Assembly: GCA_963827275.1 (NCBI GenBank)
Contig: CAWHAA010000004.1
Coordinates: forward strand, 320,001 to 384,000
Length of the DNA stretch: 64,000 nt
Source: an uncultured Spirochaetota bacterium
Lineage (GTDB): Bacteria > Spirochaetota > UBA4802 > UBA5550
Reading direction: 5' to 3'
The position numbers and the translations under genes are program-made. Under the pieces are notes generated by a model. The model made no database searches and had not been told where the DNA came from. It worked only from the letters and a program-made list of their open reading frames with translations. This document shows positions 50,852-60,491 of the stretch, in pieces. The first letter of the stretch is position 1; every line of letters begins with the position of its first letter.

Positions 50852-52007
50852 AAGCGGTTTCTTCCTGGCGCTTTTTTTCCTTCTCGCACTCCCGGCATAT
50901 CCCGAATCGGAACGTATCGGCATCATACGCTTCCAGAATCATGAGTACCTCGCCCTGGATGAAATCGTAGCGCGATCGGGATTCGAGCATTCATTTGACA
51001 TGATTTCCGGGAAGGGTCGGCTCTACCTGAAAAATCATCACGCGGTGTATGGCGTCGGGCTGTCGGTGGTGCTGGTCGATGGCGGCCTGTACAAGTCCTC
51101 CGTGCCGGTGTGCCGCAGGGCGGGGCGTGTCCTTATCCCGGTGGATGCCGCGCAGGAGATACTACAAAGCTTCCGGCCGGGGGTCCGGGTGAGGCGGGAC
51201 CGTTCGGCATTATACGCGGATCTCTTACAGGAAGAGAAAGCGCCGCAGGGCGGGAAAGAGGAGAGGGCCGTCCCCGCATCAAATGACCGGATCCGCTTTA
51301 TCGTCATCGACGCGGGCCATGGAGGCAAGGACCCCGGTGCGGTCGGTAAGGGCGGCCTCAAAGAGAAGGATATAACCCTTGCGGTGGCGAAACTCGTTGA
51401 GAAAAAAATAAAAAAGGATTACCCGGACCTGAAGGTCGCGGTCACGCGCCGGGATGACCGGTTTGTGGAGCTTTCACGGCGGACGGATATCGCCAACAGG
51501 CTGCTGAAGAAAAGCGATAACGGGCTTTTCCTGAGCATCCACGTCAATTCGTCCCTCTCAAGCCGCATAGCCGGCTACGAGACATATTTTCTCTCCCAGA
51601 ACCCCACCAACGAGGAGGCGAGGAATACGGCCGCACTGGAAAACAATGTCATTGTCCTCGAGAAAAAACCGGTGGGGAAAAAATCCCGCGATGACGTCGA
51701 TTACATCGAGGCCATGATGATCACGACCCAGATCCAGAAAGAAAGCTCGGCCCTTGCGGCATCCATACAGAACGGCCTTGCGAAAAAAATAAGGGCCTTC
51801 GGGTCGCGCGGGGTGAAAAAGGCCGATTTTTTCGTGCTGCGCGGTGTGCTGATGCCGGCTGCCCTGGTTGAAATCGGGTACATCTCAAACCAGAAAGAGG
51901 CCCGCTATCTGAAAAAGGACGCGCACCGGCAAACGGTCGCTGACGGGATCGCGGAGGGCGTGGGGCTGTTCATTAAAAAATACAACAGCCTTATAAGGGT
52001 AAATTGA
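50835..52007 (+). CDS. N-acetylmuramoyl-L-alanine amidase (Amidase_3)
   Basis: IDAGHGGKDPGA, EKDITL, SIHVN and LVEIGYISN motifs; signal peptide. Confidence 0.95.
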   Translation: MKKRLRSGFFLALFFLLALPAYPESERIGIIRFQNHEYLALDEIVARSGFEHSFDMISGKGRLYLKNHHAVYGVGLSVVLVDGGLYKSSVPVCRRAGRVLIPVDAAQEILQSFRPGVRVRRDRSALYADLLQEEKAPQGGKEERAVPASNDRIRFIVIDAGHGGKDPGAVGKGGLKEKDITLAVAKLVEKKIKKDYPDLKVAVTRRDDRFVELSRRTDIANRLLKKSDNGLFLSIHVNSSLSSRIAGYETYFLSQNPTNEEARNTAALENNVIVLEKKPVGKKSRDDVDYIEAMMITTQIQKESSALAASIQNGLAKKIRAFGSRGVKKADFFVLRGVLMPAALVEIGYISNQKEARYLKKDAHRQTVADGIAEGVGLFIKKYNSLIRVN

Positions 52008-52050
52008 ACGATGCCGCCGCAATCCCGTCCGCCCGTAACAGAAAAAATCC

Positions 52051-52079
52051 TTGATTCCGGAGGGGGAGTTTCCTACAGT
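52051..52079 (+). promoter_or_regulatory. Putative sigma70 promoter
   Basis: TTGATT-N17-TACAGT. Confidence 0.4.
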
Positions 52080-52099
52080 ACCGGAAACAGGTGGATGGA

Positions 52100-52786
52100 A
52101 TGACATTTGACAAGAACAGCATGCGCGCCGTCGCGGAAAGGATACAGCAGGCGGCGTCACGAGCGGGGAAACGGGCCGTCGTTTTTTATACGGGCCAGGT
52201 GAAGACCCGCGTCGGGCGCCTGGTTGCCCTGGTGCGGGCCGGGATCGTCGATTACCCGGATAAAAGGGAACGCACCCGGCGGGTAATACTCCTGTTCGCC
52301 TTCCTGTTTTTTTTCGATTACCTGATGTATTGCCTCCATACCGATAAAAACGTCGTCGATATTTTTCCGGAGATCACGCCCCTTGAGCAGGGAAAGAAGG
52401 TCAACGTGTATCTGCCGGACCTGGACGGCGTTACCATCCTTACCGAGCGCCGGTGGATCCCCGCGTACGACAGCGATGAGAAGACAGCGCGGGCGCTGTT
52501 CGAAATAGTGGTCAAGGGATCGATATTCGACAACACGTCTATGGCGGTACCGGGAGGGCTGTTCCTGAGAAAGGTCTGGATACACGGGAAACCGAAGGGG
52601 AAGGACCGGGCCTGCATCTTTGACCTGGAACCGGTTGAGCTCGGCGTGAAAGCCGCGGTCGTGCAGAACTCGGAGGCGCTGTTCCGCCGCGCACTCGAGA
52701 AAACGGTCAGAGAAAACCTGCCATCAATACAGTCTGTCGTGCTGCTGGAAAAAGGCGTCCCCGGGACGCCCCTCTGGGAGCTCTAA
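52100..52786 (+). CDS. Hypothetical membrane-anchored protein, possibly GerMN-like
   Basis: One TM segment; V.VYLP..L..E.R pattern; lies after the amidase, a common context for GerMN proteins. Confidence 0.6.
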   Translation: MTFDKNSMRAVAERIQQAASRAGKRAVVFYTGQVKTRVGRLVALVRAGIVDYPDKRERTRRVILLFAFLFFFDYLMYCLHTDKNVVDIFPEITPLEQGKKVNVYLPDLDGVTILTERRWIPAYDSDEKTARALFEIVVKGSIFDNTSMAVPGGLFLRKVWIHGKPKGKDRACIFDLEPVELGVKAAVVQNSEALFRRALEKTVRENLPSIQSVVLLEKGVPGTPLWEL

Positions 52787-53622
52787 CCCGGCCACTCGCC
52801 GCTGAACACACTCATCGCCGGGCCGGTCAGATAGATGCAGTTGTCCCCGTCCCGCCATTCGGTCTTCAGGTCGCCCCCCCTGAGATGTATCAGGATGGAC
52901 CGCTCGGTCAGCCTGTTCATGATGCATGCCGCGGTCACTGCGGACGCGCCGGTGCCGCACGCCAGGGTCTCGCCGGTGCCGCGCTCCCATGTGCGCTGGA
53001 CGACTTCTTTCCGGTTGAGCACTTTTACGAATTCAACGTTTGTCCTGTTCGGGAAGAGCGGGTGGTTTTCCACCAGGGGTCCGTATTTTTCAATCGGGAA
53101 TTTTTCTATCTCCTCGACGAAGATCACCACGTGCGGGTTGCCCATGGATACCGAGGTGATCACGAACTTGGTGCCGTCGTCAAGGTGGAGGGTCTCCCCG
53201 ATGACCATCCCCTGCTCGCCGATCATCGGGATCTTGTCGCGCCGCAGTATCGGCTCGCCCATGTTGATCATGACGCCGGTGACCTTCCTGCCCTTGACCA
53301 TGAGGCTCAGCTTTTTTATCCCAGCGGCGGTTTCGATTTCAAGCTGTTTCCTGGCGGTTATCCTGTTGTCATACAGGTACTTGGCGAAGCAGCGGATGCC
53401 GTTTCCGCACATCTCCGCCTCGCTCCCGTCCGGGTTGAATATCCTCATCCTGAAATCCGCCTCTTTCGAATCGAGGAGAAGGAGAATGCCGTCAGCGCCG
53501 ATCCCGAAATGGCGGTCGCACATCGCGACCGCAAGCTTTTTCGGTGCGGTTATCTTTGACTTCCTGCAATCGATCATGATGAAATCGTTGCCGGTCCCGT
53601 GCATTTTGGTGAATGTGATCAT
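52783..53622 (-). CDS. dapF: Diaminopimelate epimerase
   Basis: KMHGTGNDF, EMCGNGIRC, GNPH and ERGTGETLACGTG motifs. Confidence 0.98.
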   Translation of the reverse strand: MITFTKMHGTGNDFIMIDCRKSKITAPKKLAVAMCDRHFGIGADGILLLLDSKEADFRMRIFNPDGSEAEMCGNGIRCFAKYLYDNRITARKQLEIETAAGIKKLSLMVKGRKVTGVMINMGEPILRRDKIPMIGEQGMVIGETLHLDDGTKFVITSVSMGNPHVVIFVEEIEKFPIEKYGPLVENHPLFPNRTNVEFVKVLNRKEVVQRTWERGTGETLACGTGASAVTAACIMNRLTERSILIHLRGGDLKTEWRDGDNCIYLTGPAMSVFSGEWPG

Positions 53623-53825
53623 GGCTGGTTACCTCTTGCGGGCGGATGAACCGCCGTCCGACGTTGCTCCTCTGCGCCCTGTCTGAGGGGAGCGGCTGTT
53701 AAATTTACATAGACGTACCACACGGGGCATAAAATGTAAAGCCATAAAATTCGATTTCTTACCGCATTTAATCGTTGAGTTGACGGGATGGATTGTACGA
53801 TAGGAATAGTAATGTATACCGCGCT

Positions 53826-54641
53826 ATGAAAAAGAACATGCTCATACTCATGGCCTCGCTCTCCCTTTCGCTGGCGGCGGCGCTCTTCCTGCTTCTCGAT
53901 GATTCCGGCGCCTTTTCACGGAGCACGATGGTCTGGCTGCACAAGGACAGGGAGACCAGGTCGCGCCTCCTGGCCATCCCCATCCTGCTCTACCATAATA
54001 TAGACGGCAAGGGCCCCTTCTCCATCGACGCCGATGTCCTGCGACAGCACTTTCAGCTTATCAGGGAGCGCGGGATACGGGTCATTCCCCTGCGCGAGCT
54101 GGTCGGGCGGCTTGAGCATCCAGCGCCGTACAGGGACCGGGTGATCGTGATCACCTTCGATGACGGGTACGGATCGATGCATTCAAAGCTGCTGCCGCTG
54201 GTGCGTGAGTTCGGGTACCCGGTGACCCTTTTCGTTTATGCAGACATAGTATCGACCAGGTCCAGCAAGAACCTGACCTGGGACCGGGCGCGGGCGATGG
54301 ACCGCCTGGGGATAGACATCCAGGCGCATTCGATATCGCACGCGGACCTTGCGGAGCTGTCCAGGCAAAATGATCCTGAGTCACGGAAGCGCCTGTTCGA
54401 GGAACTCTACCTTGCAAGGAGATTGATGGAATTGCGCATGAATAAGAAGATCGATTTCTACGCTTTTCCCTACGGCAGATACAATCTCGCTGTCGTGGAC
54501 ATGGCACTCAAGGCAGGATACCGGCGGGTATTCTCCACCGACTATGGCTCGAATGTCATAACACGGGATAACTTCTGCCTGCGGCGGCAGCATATTAAAA
54601 GCAGCTATTCGATAGATTATATAGAGACGCTGATCAGATAA
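53826..54641 (+). CDS. Polysaccharide deacetylase (CE4/NodB)
   Basis: ILLYH, ITFDDG, HSISH and AFPYG motifs; N-terminal anchor. Confidence 0.92.
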   Translation: MKKNMLILMASLSLSLAAALFLLLDDSGAFSRSTMVWLHKDRETRSRLLAIPILLYHNIDGKGPFSIDADVLRQHFQLIRERGIRVIPLRELVGRLEHPAPYRDRVIVITFDDGYGSMHSKLLPLVREFGYPVTLFVYADIVSTRSSKNLTWDRARAMDRLGIDIQAHSISHADLAELSRQNDPESRKRLFEELYLARRLMELRMNKKIDFYAFPYGRYNLAVVDMALKAGYRRVFSTDYGSNVITRDNFCLRRQHIKSSYSIDYIETLIR

Positions 54642-54785
54642 CTGCGAAAAGGGGCGTCTTGTAACGGCGGTCTTTAGCCGTGAATGTTCATTAACACGCG
54701 TAATTGTCGTGAATACAATATACAAGACAAAACATGATTGACGGCCTCATGGTGGTAAATCGATTGTATCGGCGATATTTTTTTA

Positions 54786-54815
54786 TTGACAAATACGTCA
54801 AATGTTGATTAATAT
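54786..54815 (+). promoter_or_regulatory. Putative sigma70 promoter
   Basis: TTGACA-N18-TAATAT. Confidence 0.5.
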
Positions 54816-54893
54816 TGTCATCTTCGTCTAGTTTGTCTTCTGCATATATAAAAAATAAAAATAGAAAGACGTAATCAAGGAGTGGACGCAGCA

Positions 54894-55622
54894 ATGAGAA
54901 GCATATTCGGCACGGCTATTTTATTATTTTTTTTATGCGGTGCTTCCTTTGCCGAGGAAGTGATACAGGTTGATAACCAGTATGTCCAGGAATATAAAGG
55001 ACGCCTCGGCGCATGGACCGTAGTTGAATCCCAGGCAAAGCTCAATTCTTTGATCAGCAGGTCGGGGATTACCCTGAAAGAGGTGCAGGACCTGAACGGA
55101 GCGACGATCAGCTGGGGTTCCTTTGTGTTTATCCCTTATTCGGAGAAATACATCCAGGAACTGGAAGCCCAGGGGGTCAAACGCGACACCGTGGTGAGCC
55201 AGAAAAATGATTTCATATGGCCCATATCACGCGTGACAAACATCTCGTCCGCGTTCGGACCGCGCAACGGCGGCCTTCATACCGGCACAGACATGCCCGC
55301 CACGAGGGGGATGCTCATCGTCGCCGTCATGGACGGGAGAATACTCTCAACCGGCTGGGCAGGGGGCCTCGGTAAATGCATCCTGATAGAGCACCGCGAT
55401 AACTTTTACACCCGCTACGCGCATTGCGATCAATTGCTGGTGAAGTCTGGCGATTACGTCAAGAAAGGCCAGGTAATCGGCATGGTCGGGAATACGGGCC
55501 ATTCCACCGGCAACCACCTTCATTTTGAGATCAGGTACAATGATATACCGCTTAACCCGCTCGATTTTCTGCCGTTCAAGCAGAACCTGGTCCAGCCGCA
55601 CATGTTCAGGAACTGGAAGTGA
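54894..55622 (+). CDS. M23 metallopeptidase with a degenerate LysM-like segment
   Basis: HTGTD, YAH and STGNHLHFEIR motifs; signal peptide. Confidence 0.93.
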   Translation: MRSIFGTAILLFFLCGASFAEEVIQVDNQYVQEYKGRLGAWTVVESQAKLNSLISRSGITLKEVQDLNGATISWGSFVFIPYSEKYIQELEAQGVKRDTVVSQKNDFIWPISRVTNISSAFGPRNGGLHTGTDMPATRGMLIVAVMDGRILSTGWAGGLGKCILIEHRDNFYTRYAHCDQLLVKSGDYVKKGQVIGMVGNTGHSTGNHLHFEIRYNDIPLNPLDFLPFKQNLVQPHMFRNWK

Positions 55623-55635
55623 CATGTTCCAAATG

Positions 55636-55675
55636 GCAAAAAAAAGCGGCTTCGAAAAGAGCCGCTTTTTTTTGC
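55636..55675. terminator. Bidirectional intrinsic terminator
   Basis: GC-A8-GCGGCT-N8-AGCCGC-T8-GC between convergent genes. Confidence 0.9.
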
Positions 55676-55701
55676 TGCAGGGTTAACCGGTTCCGGTCCG
55701 A

Positions 55702-56664
55702 TTATTTTTTTCCGCTTGTGCCCCTGTTGTCGATCCCCTCTTCAATGTTTATGTTGTTTTTTTTCAGGAACCGGGCCGTTTCCGCATCGATGTTGTACAG
55801 CGTATCGATCATCGAGTTTATTTTATCAGGCGTCGGGAAGGTTTTCTTTATGATCTGCTCTTCTTCCGGGGAGCCGTTGTACGCGAGGTTCGTAAGCGTC
55901 CCGATGATGTTTTTAATGTCTTCCTGCGTGTTGCGCAGTATGCACACGACGTTGGGCCCGGACCTGAATCCCCAGTTGAACCCGTCGCTGCAGTTGACGG
56001 TAAAGGTTTCGGTAACGCCGTCTCCGTCCGCGTCCTCTGCGTAGTAAACAGTGCCGCCATCGGGGGTCCGCCCCGATACCGTGGTGGTATACCGCACCTG
56101 CTCGCCGTCGGATATTTTCCTGGGCTGCCGCTTCCGTTCCACCGCGATCTCGGCCTCCCTTCTGTTGACAATCAATGAGAGAAAAATGGCGACATGCCTT
56201 TTCAGGAACTTTTCCCTCACGCTTGCGTAAAATTCCTTGTAGTTGGAGGAGACCCACTCCTTCGTCGTGTTCTTCTGTATCTCGATTTTGCGGTCGGTAA
56301 CGACGATGTAATCGGGAACGGCGTCGATCTTGTTCGTCCAGATATCGGGCAGGGACTGGCCCCCCTTGTCGTATACGGCCTTGTTCATCATTGCCTGCTC
56401 GGCGCTGTCATAGCCGTCCCTGAAGAGATACACCTTCTTGTCCTTTACCACCATCAGTGAGGCCACTGAATTGTCCTGCTGTTCGTCCGAAAACTCGCTG
56501 TGCGGTGTTTCTATGTGCTGGTACATGACGCGGTCATCGTCATACCTGCTTAATTTCGTTATGTTGATCGTCATGTATTCAAGGTCGCGCGAGTAGAGGG
56601 CTGGTTGAATGAAGAAAGACAGGGCAATGATGTATGCCAGCGATCTTCCGATTTTGTGTTTCAT
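55702..56664 (-). CDS. Hypothetical exported protein with a DxDxDG loop
   Basis: Signal peptide; EDADGDGVTE; SD GGAGG. Confidence 0.8.
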   Translation of the reverse strand: MKHKIGRSLAYIIALSFFIQPALYSRDLEYMTINITKLSRYDDDRVMYQHIETPHSEFSDEQQDNSVASLMVVKDKKVYLFRDGYDSAEQAMMNKAVYDKGGQSLPDIWTNKIDAVPDYIVVTDRKIEIQKNTTKEWVSSNYKEFYASVREKFLKRHVAIFLSLIVNRREAEIAVERKRQPRKISDGEQVRYTTTVSGRTPDGGTVYYAEDADGDGVTETFTVNCSDGFNWGFRSGPNVVCILRNTQEDIKNIIGTLTNLAYNGSPEEEQIIKKTFPTPDKINSMIDTLYNIDAETARFLKKNNINIEEGIDNRGTSGKK

Positions 56665-56759
56665 TGAAGTTCCTCCGTGAGTGGGATGGGACAGAAGGGC
56701 GTCCCGCCAGTATGTACCGCTGGAAGGATAGCAGTTATCGGCAATTTGTCAAATGTTTT

Positions 56760-58028
56760 TCACGGCTCGTCGTTTTTGTCCCTCTGTTTTCTTTCTTTCC
56801 GCCAGCGGGCCTTGTCGAGCTTGGTCCAGCTCTCCACCGCGTGCCGGGACAGCGCTTTTTCCTTTTCGGAGCGGGTCGGGGGCGGCGCTTTCGGCTTTTT
56901 TTTGACATGCCTGAGCCGCGCGCGGAGCTCCTCCTGTTCCTTGGCGGTAAGCGAGTACTCGGATCGGATGAATTCGCCGGCGAGCCGGGAGGCATCGGCG
57001 TTCGCGCGGAGCGAATCCGCAAGCATGAGCAGCTTCTTCCGGTTGACGAGGTTTCTGAGCAGCCGGTCCGGTATCACGGATTCATGGCAGCAGGCGCCGA
57101 TCGCGCCGGCCAGGGCGGCGAGCGGGGCGGTTGACCCGCCCTGGGCCACCGCGTGAAAGAGCAGGGTGGCGCCGTCCCCGTGGAACGCGCAGATCGCCAG
57201 GGCGAAGGGGAGCAGGGCCCCGGGGAGGCCGACCGTGGCCCGCGTGACCGGCGTTGCGAGCCCCCTGTTGACATGCGCGCAGATCGTGCGCTCGGCGTCC
57301 TCGAACGATCCGGCGCCGGCCATTCCCGCCAGCAGGCCGGCAAGGCCGCGCAGCTCCCCGGCCAGAGGACCCGGATTGATGCCATGCCCGAACAGGCCGG
57401 CAGAATTCGCTTCGACGTCTCCGGCGAGCGCGCCGGCGGTTTCAACGGACACCGGCAGGAGGGCGGCGGGTGACGCGCTGCGTTCGATGAGAACCGGGAG
57501 GAGGGACGCGAGAAACAGGCTCATGGCCATGGTGGCGGGATCAAGGGTGAAGAGGCGTATGACCGGAATGATATCCGCCATCAGCTCCCCCGGGGCTTTG
57601 TTCCTGAGCCCCAGCACCGCCATGGCGGGAAGGATCCTGGCCGTGGGGGATAGCGCCGGTCCCGTGAGGGGGGTGCCGGCGTTTACCCGCTCAATAAAGC
57701 TTCTTTCCACTGCGTCAGGGTTGCGGAAGATGCCGTACCCGCTCCCGCCGATGGCGGCGGCGCAGTGCCTGAGGAATTCGTCCCTGCAGGGGCCCCGGTG
57801 TAAGCCGGCCAGGGCGCAGATGAGCATGAATTGCGATATCGAGGAATAGAGCCCCGGCTTGCGCCATCGGTCCATCTTTCCTTTCAGGGCCGGTTCCGGA
57901 TCGATATAATCGTCGATTGTCCTGAAGTGCGTGCGTATATGCCCCTTGCCGAGGCCGTCGACCGGGGTCCCGAGCGCGTCCCCGACCAGGGCGGCGAGGA
58001 TTATGTTTCGGCTGCTTCTGTCCATCAT
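56760..58028 (-). CDS. ADP-ribosylglycohydrolase-family homologue with degenerate catalytic motifs
   Basis: ALVGDALG, RxxP, T at the TH position and GGxTxxxAALAGAIG follow the ARH/DraG layout; TDD and DxDT are absent. Confidence 0.75.
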   Translation of the reverse strand: MMDRSSRNIILAALVGDALGTPVDGLGKGHIRTHFRTIDDYIDPEPALKGKMDRWRKPGLYSSISQFMLICALAGLHRGPCRDEFLRHCAAAIGGSGYGIFRNPDAVERSFIERVNAGTPLTGPALSPTARILPAMAVLGLRNKAPGELMADIIPVIRLFTLDPATMAMSLFLASLLPVLIERSASPAALLPVSVETAGALAGDVEANSAGLFGHGINPGPLAGELRGLAGLLAGMAGAGSFEDAERTICAHVNRGLATPVTRATVGLPGALLPFALAICAFHGDGATLLFHAVAQGGSTAPLAALAGAIGACCHESVIPDRLLRNLVNRKKLLMLADSLRANADASRLAGEFIRSEYSLTAKEQEELRARLRHVKKKPKAPPPTRSEKEKALSRHAVESWTKLDKARWRKERKQRDKNDEP

Positions 58029-58236
58029 GTGTCGGAAAATGCGCCATAACGGGTTCAATAGATCGCGAACTGGCGCAATTAATATGTATAAGCCGCGCCG
58101 TGCTCCTAAATTTCAAATAATATTTTTTAATTTTGTTGTATTATCGTCCGTTTTATATGTATATTCAGACTGTTGTATGCCGGCCCGCGTAGTACCCGCG
58201 CTGGATGTCGCATGTAAAAGAGGAGGTATGGTGACG

Positions 58237-59322
58237 ATGAAGAAGTTAATCCTGGTAGTGATTGCGGTAATGGTGTTTCCGTTCGGCTGTACCCGCGAGA
58301 CAGTTGACGAGTATTCGATGATTACGTTCATGATCGGCAATGTCACGAAAAACGGCGGGCAGGCCCGGATTGGGGATATATTAAAGGAAAAGGACGTCAT
58401 TAAGACCGGGAAGGACTCGTTCTGCGATGTCAAGATCGGGGATTCTCTCATCAGGGTAAAGCAGATGACAAACGTTGTCCTCTCCGTCCTTGTCAGGAGC
58501 GGCAACCTGGACAATACGACACTCGACATGGATTCCGGAAAGATGCTCTGCAAGCCGAAAAAGCTCATCAAGTCAGAGACCTTTTTCATAAAGACGCCGA
58601 CCGCGGTCGCCGGTGTGCGCGGGACCCAGTTCACAGTGGAGGCGGACACGAAAGGCACGTCGCGCATAAAGGTGTTCGAGGGCAGCGTGAAGGTCGCCAA
58701 GAGGGTCAAGCAGCTTGACGCGAACACCCTGGAGGTGTTGAGCTACGCTCCCGAGGTCATCAAAGAAGAGAAGGTGGTCATTACCAGAGATGATGCGGCA
58801 CAGGCCGAGCAGGCCGTGCGGCGGATAATGAAGACCGAATCAGCGGGAGGACGGCAGGCCTCTATCGAAGCGGTCATAAAAAAAGCCGGGAAGGACGTGA
58901 CGGTGAACAGGAAGAACGTTGAAAAGTTCGCCGTCAAGGATTTTGAGAAAGATAACAAAGAGATCATAGAGGTGAAGAAGAGGCCTGACGCGGTCATCAG
59001 GGAGATCGGCAGGATACTGGATGAAGAGAAGGCCGCGCCGAAGCCGAACGGGCGTCTCCTGGTCACGCAGTATGAAGTGTACCTGATCATGAACGGCACC
59101 ATCGCGTGGGAGGGCCAGGTCGTTGAGGAGCCGGTGCGGCAGGGCGACAGGCTCTACGTTGCCTCGGGCGACTTCGTCTTCTGCGCGTCCGCTGACGGTC
59201 CGGTGATCTGGAAGCAGCAGGTCGCCAATGACGGAAGGCTCGAACTGCGGGAAAATGCGCTCGTTGTTTCCGGGCAGGAAGGGGAGACGAAGCTGAACCT
59301 CAGGACCGGTCGAAAGCTGTAA
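58237..59322 (+). CDS. FecR-domain lipoprotein (LipL45-like) with a short PQQ-like beta C-terminus
   Basis: Lipobox PFGC; D.IKTG.DS and TPTAVAGVRGTQF.V motifs; SD AGGAGG. Confidence 0.8.
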   Translation: MKKLILVVIAVMVFPFGCTRETVDEYSMITFMIGNVTKNGGQARIGDILKEKDVIKTGKDSFCDVKIGDSLIRVKQMTNVVLSVLVRSGNLDNTTLDMDSGKMLCKPKKLIKSETFFIKTPTAVAGVRGTQFTVEADTKGTSRIKVFEGSVKVAKRVKQLDANTLEVLSYAPEVIKEEKVVITRDDAAQAEQAVRRIMKTESAGGRQASIEAVIKKAGKDVTVNRKNVEKFAVKDFEKDNKEIIEVKKRPDAVIREIGRILDEEKAAPKPNGRLLVTQYEVYLIMNGTIAWEGQVVEEPVRQGDRLYVASGDFVFCASADGPVIWKQQVANDGRLELRENALVVSGQEGETKLNLRTGRKL

Positions 59323-59330
59323 CACGAATA

Positions 59331-59354
59331 ACGCGCGGCCTCCCGGCCGCGCGT
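59331..59354. terminator. Hairpin between convergent genes
   Basis: ACGCGCGGCC-TCCC-GGCCGCGCGT. Confidence 0.6.
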
Positions 59355-59368
59355 CGCCACGCTTGTGT

Positions 59369-60475
59369 TCATCCCGCAATTTCAATGATCGACAGGACCG
59401 TCATGGTCCCGTTGACCAGATCGCGCACCATGACGTACTCCTTCGTGCTGTGGACGTTCCGCATGCCGGCCGACAGGTTGATCGCGCTGATGCCCGCCCT
59501 GTTCAGTATGTTCGTGTCGCTGCCCCCGCCGGAGACCTCGAAGCTGGGGAGATGCCGACGCGCTCCATCGCGTCCGAGGCGATGCGCGCGATCCTGTCCT
59601 CGCGCCTGATCGAGAAGCCCGAGTATTCGAGAGTGCGCTTGATGGAGCAGCGGGCGCCCCATTTCGCCGCGGTCTTTCTTCGCGGTGTCACGGATCTGCG
59701 CTTCCTGCGCCTCCATCTTCCGGCGGTCCAGCGACCTGACTTCGAGCACGCAGGCGGCCTGTTCCGCCACAATGTTGGTAGCGCGCCCGCCGGAGATGGT
59801 GCCCACGTTCGCGGTCGTCTCCCTGTCGATGCGCCCGTTCGGGATCCGCGTGATCAGGTCGGCAGAGGACATTGATCGCGTTGATGCCGCGCTCCGGCTC
59901 CATGCCGGCGTGGGCCGCCCTGCCCCTGACCGAGATGGTCATGGTCGCGTGGTAGGGGGCGCGGAGTATGATCTTCCCCACCGGCCCGTCGCTGTCGAAC
60001 ACGAACCCCTGCTTCGATTTCAGAAGCGATGTGTCGAACTCCCGCATCCCCCGGAGCCCCACTTCCTCGGCGCAGGACAGCAGCAGCTCCACCGGGCCGT
60101 GGGGCATGCCGGTTTCGGCGATGTGCCGCAGCGCTTCAATGAACATGGCGATGGCCGCCTTGTCGTCGCTTCCCAGTATCGTTGTGCCGTCGGCGGTGAT
60201 CTTCGTCGGCGTCACGACCGGCCGTACGTTCTCGCACGGCGTCACCGTGTCCATGTGCGCGGAAAAGAGGACGGGCCTTCCTTTTCTGCTCTCCCTTCAG
60301 AGTGATGAGCAGATTGTTCGATTCGCCGCAGGGCACTTTCCTGGTGGTGACCCCGGGGAGCGCAACAGCGCGGAGGATATAATCGAGAACTTCCGTCTTC
60401 TTTCCATGACGGCGATGATATTTTCGCCATGTCGGTAAAGGTTCTGACCAGTCGTTTCGTGTTGATTCGGTACAT
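59369..60475 (-). CDS. M20-family peptidase (peptidase T-like); several apparent frameshifts
   Basis: HMDTV, LGSDDKA, EEVG, AHAG.EPERGINAI, GGGSD and VHST.E motifs over several frames. Confidence 0.88.
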
Positions 60476-60491
60476 TGCCGGGACCTCGTCT

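Noticed and set aside
53623..53700. Riboswitch upstream of dapF
   Set aside because: Two GC-rich hairpins are present, but the region is short and matches no aptamer consensus I recognise.
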